A program made the position numbers and the translations under genes. This document shows positions 57,305 through 64,000 of a stretch of DNA of 64,000 bases, piece by piece. Below the pieces are notes generated by a model. It was not told the DNA's origin. It made no database searches and saw only the letters and a list, made by a program, of their open reading frames with translations. The stretch spans positions 5,502 to 69,501 of the forward strand of contig DATBPD010000107.1 in the NCBI GenBank assembly GCA_036561525.1, read 5' to 3'. The DNA comes from Candidatus Dormiibacterota bacterium. Its GTDB lineage: Bacteria > Chloroflexota > Dormibacteria > Aeolococcales > Aeolococcaceae. Position 1 is the first letter of the stretch; every line of letters begins with the position of its first letter.

Positions 57305-58183
57305 TCAGCGCCGGCGCTCCGAATCATCGCCCTGCGCCGCGGCCATCGCGGCCGGATCGCCGCCGGGCCCTCGCAGGATGAAGGCGAACGCCACTGCCAG
57401 GAGCGCGCCGAGCAAGGGGCCGACGACGTAGAGCCAGGTGTGGGTGAGGTCACCGCGGATCAGGTCCGGTGCGAAGCTGCGCACCGGGTTCATCGATGCG
57501 CCGCTGATCGGGTCCGACCACAGGCCGGCGAGCGCGATGTAGCCACCGACGGCCAGCGCCGACAAGCCTCCGACGTTCTGCGCGCTCGACGCGGTGCCGA
57601 GGATGACGCTCACCAGGCCCATGGTCAGCACAACCTCGATGAGCATCGCCTGGACGTCGCTGACCGAGGCGGCGGGCACCGTGGCGCCGAAGCTGCCGGG
57701 CCGGCCGAGAACCGCCCAGAGGAAGAGGCAGGCGAGCACCCCGCCCAGCACCTGGCTGCCGATGTAGCCGGGGACGCGCACCCAGGGGAACTCTCGGCGC
57801 AGGGCGAACGCGATGCTCACCACCGGGTTGAGGTGCGCTCCGCCAACCTTGCCCATGAACAGGATGACCGCCATGACGGTCAAACCCGGTACGGTGACCG
57901 CAGCCGCTCTCGAGATCGAGACGCCGCTCACCGACGTCACAACGTGGCTGCCCACGCCGCCGAGGACGAGGAGGAAGGTGCCGAGGATCTCGGAGAAGAG
58001 GCGCCGCCACCAGCGGGTGACGTCGTTGAAGTCGCGCGCCCAGGGCGGACTGGCCTGATACGCGGTCTTGGCCTCCGGGCCACTCTCAGATCCGATCAAC
58101 GCCGCCTCGGTCACAACCGGCGAGTATCGCGCGGCGAACCACGCCGAGGGCGCCGATCGGGCCTGGTCGCGTAGTCTCGTCAT
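57305..58183 (-). CDS. MIP/aquaporin-family channel with NPV/NPV signature motifs
   Basis: It has six TM segments and two half-helix motifs, HLNPVVS and SMNPVRS. I chose ATG at 58183 because the track start at 58228 overlaps the divergent bcp. Confidence 0.85.
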   Translation of the reverse strand: MTRLRDQARSAPSAWFAARYSPVVTEAALIGSESGPEAKTAYQASPPWARDFNDVTRWWRRLFSEILGTFLLVLGGVGSHVVTSVSGVSISRAAAVTVPGLTVMAVILFMGKVGGAHLNPVVSIAFALRREFPWVRVPGYIGSQVLGGVLACLFLWAVLGRPGSFGATVPAASVSDVQAMLIEVVLTMGLVSVILGTASSAQNVGGLSALAVGGYIALAGLWSDPISGASMNPVRSFAPDLIRGDLTHTWLYVVGPLLGALLAVAFAFILRGPGGDPAAMAAAQGDDSERRR

Positions 58184-58197
58184 GAGGAGGCACGCAG

Positions 58198-58677
58198 ATG
58201 GCACTACTGAGCATCGGAGAGACGGCACCGGACATCACTGCGCGCCGCCGCGATGGGACCACGCTGACGCTGTCTTCTCTGCGCGACAGGTACGTCCTCG
58301 TCTATTTCTACCCGAAGGACGACACGCCGGGATGCACAGCCGAGGCCTGCGCGCTCAATGACAACCTGTCCGCGCTGACCGAGAGCGGCGCGGATGTCAT
58401 CGGCGTCAGCACGGACAGCTGGGAATCGCACAGGCGCTTCTCAGAGAAGTACGGCCTGGAGTTCGCGCTCGCGTCCGACGGCGACAACCAGATCCGCAGG
58501 GCGTATGGCGTTGGCAAGATGATGGGCGTCCTTCCCGTTGTGCAGCGGGTTTCGTTCCTCATCGGCCCTGACGGGCACGTGGCCCACGTCTGGCCACACG
58601 TCGCGCCGTCGCGGCATGCGGCCGACGTGCTCGCCGAGGTGCGCCGGCGCACCGATCAGAGAGCCCTGACCGCCTAG
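58198..58677 (+). CDS. bcp: thiol peroxidase Bcp (peroxiredoxin)
   Basis: It has YFYPKDDTPGCTAEAC. A GAGGAGG Shine-Dalgarno sequence lies upstream of the ATG. Confidence 0.9.
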   Translation: MALLSIGETAPDITARRRDGTTLTLSSLRDRYVLVYFYPKDDTPGCTAEACALNDNLSALTESGADVIGVSTDSWESHRRFSEKYGLEFALASDGDNQIRRAYGVGKMMGVLPVVQRVSFLIGPDGHVAHVWPHVAPSRHAADVLAEVRRRTDQRALTA

Positions 58678-59441
58678 CGCTTGCGCGCGATCCAGGCTTC
58701 CTCGGACGGCCACCGCCGGGCCCACGAGATGTCGACGTACGGATAGCTCGTCGTCGCCCCCTCTGGCGGGCGGACCTCGATCAGGTTCTCGACCTCGAAG
58801 GCGTTGGCACGCAGCAGCCGGATCCAGTCGCCGTAGCCGAGGTGGAACTCGACGGTGTTGTTGTCCGACCACTCGGTGCGGTGCAGGCCGAAATACGCCC
58901 GATGGAGCTCCGCCTCCACGGACACGTCCGCGTCGTCCGTCTCACAGAGGGTGAGGATGGTTCCGTTGGTGTAGAAGATCAGCCGCCCACCGGGGCGAAG
59001 CAGGCGCGAGGCTTCGGGGATCCACTTGTACGGGTCACACCAGAGGGCAGCGCCGTATTCGCTGATGGCGAGGTCGAAGCTGGCACCTGGCAGCGGAACG
59101 GTCTCAGCGTTGCCGAGGAGCAGCGGGAAGTCGATCCCATGTTCGCGTTGTAGAGCTCGCGCTGTCTCCAACTGCTTGGGCGAGTTGTCGATGCCCACCG
59201 GACGCGCCCCACGCCGCGCCAGCCACGCTGAGACGTAGGCGGTGCCGCACCCCAGCTCGACGGTGTCGAGCCCGTCGACGTCCGGGAGGAGATGGAGGTC
59301 GGCCTCGGGCACGTGCCAGATGCCCCACCACGCCTCATCGGATGCCCACGCTCTGCGTCCTGGCTCGATGTACTCGACCGACATGACGTCCCACGCCGCG
59401 CGGTTGCGTGTCACGTGGTCGCTGGGCTGTTCATCCTTCAT
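58674..59441 (-). CDS. class I SAM-dependent methyltransferase
   Basis: It has motif I, VELGCGTAYVS, followed by an acidic residue after beta-2 (GIDNS). Confidence 0.85.
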   Translation of the reverse strand: MKDEQPSDHVTRNRAAWDVMSVEYIEPGRRAWASDEAWWGIWHVPEADLHLLPDVDGLDTVELGCGTAYVSAWLARRGARPVGIDNSPKQLETARALQREHGIDFPLLLGNAETVPLPGASFDLAISEYGAALWCDPYKWIPEASRLLRPGGRLIFYTNGTILTLCETDDADVSVEAELHRAYFGLHRTEWSDNNTVEFHLGYGDWIRLLRANAFEVENLIEVRPPEGATTSYPYVDISWARRWPSEEAWIARKR

Positions 59442-59464
59442 TCGGCCGACTGTATTGTGTTGTC

Positions 59465-59968
59465 ATGGAACCGCGCCGAGGCGGCAGGCGCATCCGAGCC
59501 GACACGGTATCGAACTGGTGGGGCTCGCTGGACGCGCGTGACAACACAACAGTGCGCGCGACGCGCCTGCTTCCGACGACGCTGATCGTGGCTACGGGTA
59601 TCGTTGCGGTGGCGATGCCGCTGCCCTGGCACCACCTTGTCGTCCCGGCAGACGTGTATTCGGGACCGCCGACAACCGAGGTGATCAGCGGTCTCGACAC
59701 CGCCAACTGGCTGCTCGTGGTTGCTCCCGTCCAGCTTGCGCTGGCGATCCGGACGTACGTGGCCGCCTCCGGTCCCGGCGTCAAATGGGCAGTCACAGCT
59801 CTTGCCTTCGCAATCGTGATGGGGATGATCATCGACTACTTCGACTGGAGCCTTCGCGGCGTCTCGCTCACCGTGCAGCCTTACTACGGTGGGGGATTCT
59901 TCCTGGCGCTCGTGGGCGCCGTGCTGATGGTGGTGGCGGGTGCCCTCGCCTGGCGCGTGCCTGACTGA
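59465..59968 (+). CDS. hypothetical membrane protein
   Basis: It has four hydrophobic segments. I recognise no family. I chose ATG at 59465. Confidence 0.5.
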   Translation: MEPRRGGRRIRADTVSNWWGSLDARDNTTVRATRLLPTTLIVATGIVAVAMPLPWHHLVVPADVYSGPPTTEVISGLDTANWLLVVAPVQLALAIRTYVAASGPGVKWAVTALAFAIVMGMIIDYFDWSLRGVSLTVQPYYGGGFFLALVGAVLMVVAGALAWRVPD

Positions 59969-59981
59969 ATCTCGTTCATGA

Positions 59982-60496
59982 TCAGCCGGCCGGCGGCGTC
60001 GAGCTGGCTGTGGCCGGCACGGCGGCCAACGGCTCACGCATCCGTCTGCGCGTGTAGATCCACGCGAACACCGCCGGGACAACGAAGGGCGCGATCAGGA
60101 GCCCGAGCCAATCGCGGAAGGAGCCCACGAACCCGGTCCACTCCCAGCCCCAGCCGTAGCCCCCGATGATGACGATCACGAACAGAAGCGCCGTGGCCAT
60201 TGCGTAGGCGCCCGCGCGAGCGCTCAACTCACTCACCTGCCGTGCCCATCCGGGCAGCAGGAACAGGACGAGCGGGAACAGCAGCAGATTCAGCCACTCC
60301 CACATCCGCTTGTCTGCGAAGCCCGTCCACGTCCAGCCCAGGAGGTAGCCACCGAGAGCGGTGATGCAGCGAGCACAGCCACGGCGATCACGACAACGAC
60401 GACGGCCACCCCAACCGTCCATTGCAAGCGCATCGCCGGTCGCGCGCCGTCGCCGGCACCTGCGATCGTCACCGCGTTGCCGGACGGTTGCGTCAT
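59982..60496 (-). CDS. membrane protein with tandem GGY.(W)GW.WTGF...W.WL.LL.P repeats; apparent single-base frameshift near 60365
   Basis: The N-terminal 44 codons (ATG 60496, MTQPSG...VIAVAVLAA) are in one frame. The rest (ITALGGYLLGWTWTGF... to stop 59982) is in the adjacent frame. The track start at 60422 gives an implausible Arg/Cys-rich leader. Confidence 0.45.
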
Positions 60497-60620
60497 GGCG
60501 CCACAGGGTAGCGACCTGTGAGCCGCTCGAGGCCAGGATCGCGGCCCGACGCGCCGCCTCACGTCACCATGCCCTCCCAGCCGTCTGCGGGAGGCCAGAT
60601 AGGCGCGGTATAACCCCGCG

Positions 60621-61382
60621 ATGCGGCGAGGGGGAGGGGCACGCGAGCACGTGCGCGCGAGCGAGAAGGCCGGCGCCCGAAGGCTCGTGCTCATCGCCGT
60701 GCTCGCGAGCCTCGGCGTGGCCAGTGGCGACTCGGTGGCATCACCGCCCGAGGTCACCAGCGCCAGGGCGCTGGCAGCAACCAGCCGAAGCGACCAGGCT
60801 TGGCCGGTCCCGCTCGCCCGGCAGGGCCTCACGACGCCGTCGGCCCTCGCAGCGCCCTCGACTGTGCCGCCGCCGACCCAACCAGCACAGCCTGCGATGG
60901 CGCCCCACCGGCGGGCGCCGCCGCGACCCTCTTCGTCACCACCACCGCCAGCGCCACTTCCGCAGCCACCGGCCCCGATGCGGTCAGAATCCGCCGCCGG
61001 CGCCGTGTTTGCGGCGATCAACCAGAGCCGGGGTGGGGCCGGCCTGCCTGCTCTGCAATGGAGTGCGGGTCTCGGCCGCAGCGCCCACGCTCACAACCTT
61101 GCGATGGCGGCGGCGGGCCAGCTCTCGCACCAGCTGCCAGGCGAGGCGCCGCTGGGCACCCGAGTCAGCCGGCAGGGGGTGCCATGGGGTTGGGCGGGGG
61201 AGAACGTCGGGGAGTCGGGCACGCTCTCCTCCGCTGCCGCACTCGTCCTGGAGCAGCTCATGCTCGGCGATCTCGCACACCGCCTGAACATCCTGACCAA
61301 CACCGGCACCATGGTCGGCGTCGATGTTGTTTTCGACGCCAACCAGCACCGGCTCTGGCTCACGGAGGACTTCGCGAATTGA
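60621..61382 (+). CDS. secreted CAP/SCP (YkwD-like) domain protein with Pro-rich linker
   Basis: It has an N-terminal signal/anchor (LVLIAVLASLGVASG), a Pro-rich linker and a CAP-type C-domain (INQSR...LQWS..L...A..H...MA......SH...GEN). A TATAAC hexamer ends 7 nt before the ATG, so the mRNA may be leaderless. Confidence 0.75.
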   Translation: MRRGGGAREHVRASEKAGARRLVLIAVLASLGVASGDSVASPPEVTSARALAATSRSDQAWPVPLARQGLTTPSALAAPSTVPPPTQPAQPAMAPHRRAPPRPSSSPPPPAPLPQPPAPMRSESAAGAVFAAINQSRGGAGLPALQWSAGLGRSAHAHNLAMAAAGQLSHQLPGEAPLGTRVSRQGVPWGWAGENVGESGTLSSAAALVLEQLMLGDLAHRLNILTNTGTMVGVDVVFDANQHRLWLTEDFAN

Positions 61383-61467
61383 CTCCGGCAGCCGAGCCTG
61401 GCAGCGGCCTCCTTGGACGTGCTGGAATCGCTGGGAGCGACGGTGTGCACCGATAGGAGGCAGACGG

Positions 61468-62220
61468 ATGACTGTTCACAAGGTTGGGACCCGCGAGGAG
61501 TGGCAGGCCGCCCGCGAGGACCTGCTCGTGCGCGAAAAGGAGTTGACCCGGCTCGGCGACGAGCTGGCGCGCCAACGACGCGAGCTGCCCTGGGTCGCGA
61601 TGGAGAAGGAGTACCGCTTTCAGACCGACGAGGGCACCAGGACGCTGGCTGAGCTCTTCGACGGTCGGTCCCAACTTCTGGTGTACCACTTCATGTTCGG
61701 ACCGAGCTACGAGCTCGGCTGTCCGACCTGCTCGTCGAGCGCCGACAGCGTCAACAGCGTTCTCACTCACCTCAACGCGCGCGACGTGACCATGTTGTAC
61801 GTCTCGCGCGCACCGCTCGAGAAGCTCCAGGCCTACAAGCGGCGGATGGGCTGGAGCTTTCCCTGGGTCTCGTCTGCCGACAGCGAGTTCAACTTCGACT
61901 TCCGTGTTTCGCAGACCGAGGAGCAGGCCCGCGCGGCCATCGGGCCAATGGTCGCGGCCGGAATGCCGCCGATCCTCACCCACATGGCGAGCGTCACTGG
62001 CACAGACGTCGCCGGCTACCTGTCCGAGGGGCCGGGCTTCAGCGCGTTCATCCTGGACGACGGCAGCCTCTACCACACGTATTCGTGCACGGCCCGCGGG
62101 CTGGAGTTCCTGATGGGGTACTACCCGATTCTCGACCGCGCCCCCAAGGGACGCAACGAGGGCGGCTCGCCCCAGTGGATCCGCCGCCACGATGAGTACG
62201 CACGCGAGGGTGCGCGATGA
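61468..62220 (+). CDS. DUF899 thioredoxin-like protein
   Basis: EEWQAAREDLLVREKELTRLGDELARQRRELPW and LLVYHFMFGP...GCPTCS are typical of DUF899. An AGGAGG Shine-Dalgarno sequence lies upstream of ATG 61468. Confidence 0.8.
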   Translation: MTVHKVGTREEWQAAREDLLVREKELTRLGDELARQRRELPWVAMEKEYRFQTDEGTRTLAELFDGRSQLLVYHFMFGPSYELGCPTCSSSADSVNSVLTHLNARDVTMLYVSRAPLEKLQAYKRRMGWSFPWVSSADSEFNFDFRVSQTEEQARAAIGPMVAAGMPPILTHMASVTGTDVAGYLSEGPGFSAFILDDGSLYHTYSCTARGLEFLMGYYPILDRAPKGRNEGGSPQWIRRHDEYAREGAR

Positions 62221-62293
62221 CCCTGTGACCGCTCGGCCTTCCAAGACGGTTGGTCGCGACGCGAACTGAATCCTCGTCGGCCACACTGAGTCG

Positions 62294-62780
62294 ATGGAAT
62301 ATGGCAGCCGGGTGCCGGCCCCGCCGCTCGATCGGTTCATCGACGACATCTACTGGCTGACCGGGGTACCGCGCCACCGCCGGCCCGAATGTCCCGCCGA
62401 TGCCGTCGGCACATCTGTTCCAGCAGGCAGGCGGGCGTTTGGAGACTTCCCATGGCGCGGTCCCGGTCGGTGCGCTGACCGGTGCCGCCGGGGTGAGTGG
62501 CAATCACCTGGCCGCGCAGTTCAAGACTCATGTCGGGGTCACCCCGAAGCGGGTGGCGCGGATCTACCGCTTTGCGCGCCTGATCCTGTCCGTAGACGCT
62601 CTGCGTCCGGTCGACTGGTCCGAGCTCGCTCACACGGCCGGCTACTTCGACCAGGCCCACTTCATCCGGGAGTTCAAGGACTTCACCGGCCACACCCCGA
62701 CGGGCTACCTGGCCCTGCGGCGCCGATTCCCCGCCGAGCCGGGGTTCCCGCCGGACAGCGGCCCGATGCCCGCGGATTGA
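62294..62780 (+). pseudogene. AraC-family regulator remnant (N-terminal ~30 codons in one frame, C-terminal HTH in another, middle missing)
   Basis: MEYGSRVPAPPLDRFIDDIYWLTG (frame of 62294) resembles the N-terminus of an AraC sub-family. The HTH_18-type domain (GVSGNHLAAQFKTHVGVTPKRVARIYRF...GYFDQAHFIREFKDFTGHTP) is in the frame of ATG 62400. A stand-alone 126-aa HTH protein at 62400-62780 is the alternative reading. Confidence 0.5.
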
Positions 62781-62852
62781 TTTTCCAAGACAGTCGCCGT
62801 CGGGTGCGGCAAGATCGGGCCGAATGCGCAACGCGACTCGAGGAGAACCTGT

Positions 62853-63464
62853 TTGGGCACGGTAATCCTGCACAACGTGGTATCGGTGGACGGCTTCATC
62901 GCCGACGAGAACGACGATGTCGGGCCGCTCCACGACTGGTACGTCAACGGCGACACCCCGATCACCGAAGGCGGCGAGGAGCAGTACGATCATTCGGGAG
63001 CTGGAACCGGCTTCAAGGTCTCTCGTGCATCGGCCGAGTATGTCCGCCCGATGTGGGAGGCGATCGGCACGATCGTGATGGGCCGCAAACTATTCGATCT
63101 GGTGAACGGCTGGGAGGGTCAGCCGCCCGCGGGCGACCACGTGGTCGTGGTTTCCCACCGGCCCAAGCCCGAGGGCTGGCACCCCGAGGCCTCGTACCAT
63201 TTCGTCGACGGCGTGACGGCTGCGATCGACAAGGCCCAGGAGCTCGCGGGGGAGCGAACCATCGCTGTGAACGCTGGCGAAGTGGGCAGCCAGATCCTCG
63301 CGGCCGGCCTCGTGGACGAGGTGGCGATGGACGTGGTGCCGGTGGTGTTTGGGTCGGGCACACGCTACTTCGGCAGCATCGATAGGCAGTATCGACTGGA
63401 GGACCCGCATGTGATCATCCCGGGCGACCGGGTGCTACACCTGAGGTTCAAGGTACGCCGCTAA
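62853..63464 (+). CDS. RibD C-terminal / dihydrofolate reductase-like family protein
   Basis: NVVSVDGFIADEN...MGRKLFD...VVPVVFGSGTRYF are typical of the family. TTG at 62853 follows an AGGAGA Shine-Dalgarno sequence. Confidence 0.8.
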   Translation: MGTVILHNVVSVDGFIADENDDVGPLHDWYVNGDTPITEGGEEQYDHSGAGTGFKVSRASAEYVRPMWEAIGTIVMGRKLFDLVNGWEGQPPAGDHVVVVSHRPKPEGWHPEASYHFVDGVTAAIDKAQELAGERTIAVNAGEVGSQILAAGLVDEVAMDVVPVVFGSGTRYFGSIDRQYRLEDPHVIIPGDRVLHLRFKVRR

Positions 63465-63642
63465 ACCCGATGGGCGACAGCGGAGTCCGCCGACCCAGGT
63501 GCCTCAGCCGCAGGCGAATGACAGAGCTTCTCCTGCGGCGCAGGCAGCCAGCCACCGGCTAGAGCAAGAGGCGATGATTCGCGGTCGCGCCGACGGTCTT
63601 AGTTGGCGGGCAAGTGACCAGTGACTCTACGAGGAGCGTGCG

Positions 63643-64000
63643 ATGGCGCAACAGACCGAGAATGCCGCAATCGACCGGCTGGCCGTGTTCGTCGGCGAGT
63701 GGGACATGACGGCGGAGTTCAAGGACCTACCGCCCGCCGGCAGCGGCGCACGGGTCGTCTTCGACTGGATGCCGGGGAGGCGGTTCCTGATCCAGCGCTG
63801 GGAGGTCCCGATACCGGAGGCGCCCGACGGCATCGCCATCATCGGCGCCGATCCCGACAGCGAGGGCAACTTCCTCCAGCACTACTTCGACTCGCGCGGC
63901 ATCGCCCGCGTGTACAAGATGAGCGTGGACGATCGGTGCTGGCAGCTGTTGCGGGATACGCCCGACCTCTCGCCGCTCGAGTTCGCGCAGCGCTACACGG
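63643..64000 (+). CDS. hypothetical protein, 3'-truncated by the window edge
   Basis: This ORF is not in the supplied track. ATG at 63643 follows a GAGGAG Shine-Dalgarno sequence, and the frame is open to the window end with high GC3 (MAQQTENAAIDRLAVFVGEWDMTAEF...). The family is uncertain. Confidence 0.55.
   Translation, partial: MAQQTENAAIDRLAVFVGEWDMTAEFKDLPPAGSGARVVFDWMPGRRFLIQRWEVPIPEAPDGIAIIGADPDSEGNFLQHYFDSRGIARVYKMSVDDRCWQLLRDTPDLSPLEFAQRYT

Noticed and set aside
62239-62791. A 9-nt repeat, TTCCAAGAC, found just after the DUF899 stop (62239-62247) and just after the AraC-remnant stop (62783-62791), considered as an operator pair.
   Set aside because: It is only 9 identical bases and similarity decays immediately afterwards. 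There is no dyad symmetry, and this is within chance expectation for a 64-kb window.
63507-63539. A hairpin (GCCGCAGG - 17 nt - CCUGCGGC) downstream of the DHFR-like gene, considered as a terminator.
   Set aside because: It has a large loop and no U-tract. It is not distinguishable from random GC-rich inverted repeats.

Overview
This is a 64-kb, roughly 70% GC, densely coding bacterial chromosomal segment, and almost all of it reads as housekeeping. The gene content looks like Terrabacteria (Lhr, GT87/DUF2029, COG1579 Zn-ribbon plus RNase HI, NrtR-like regulator, FtsA present). The lineage cannot be fixed from sequence alone.

Left third: a 5'-truncated Lhr helicase, hemolysin-III, an MBL hydrolase, a GH63-like glucosidase, a LysE exporter, a Cys/His-rich ORF coupled to a GNAT, an ABC-2 permease remnant, an NrtR-like regulator, HtrA, a two-HKD PLD-like protein, LonA, a NUDIX CoA-pyrophosphatase-like gene, trpD, and RNase P RNA on the minus strand at about 22.44-22.85 kb.

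Centre (24.7-45.1 kb): a division/cell-wall (dcw) cluster, mraZ-rsmH-ftsL-ftsI-mraY-murD-ftsW-murG-murC-murB-ddl-[alpha/beta hydrolase]-[membrane-anchored murF-like]-ftsQ. A divergent metF / MDR dehydrogenase pair interrupts it, and ftsA-ftsZ follow.

Right: nrdR-yggS-lspA-rluD-gmk-coaC-coaB-priA-def-fmt-smpB, a GT87 membrane glycosyltransferase and hflX. The 56-64 kb stretch looks more accessory and partly decayed: a ParB/Srx-like ORF, an NPV/NPV aquaporin, bcp, a methyltransferase, small membrane proteins, a CAP-domain protein, DUF899, an AraC remnant, a RibD-C/DHFR-like gene and a partial ORF.

I saw no rRNA, tRNA, CRISPR array, transposase, integrase or phage genes. I do not see a convincing self-contained novel system (defence, mobile or RNA-guided).

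The most unusual thing is the dcw cluster. murE is missing from its usual slot. A catalytically complete alpha/beta hydrolase is translationally coupled between ddl and murF. The MurF-type ligase has its N-terminal domain replaced by a polytopic membrane module. The other findings are modest (split coaBC, gene remnants and frameshifts, motif variants).

Many long ORFs in the supplied track are antisense or out-of-frame artefacts of the high GC content.
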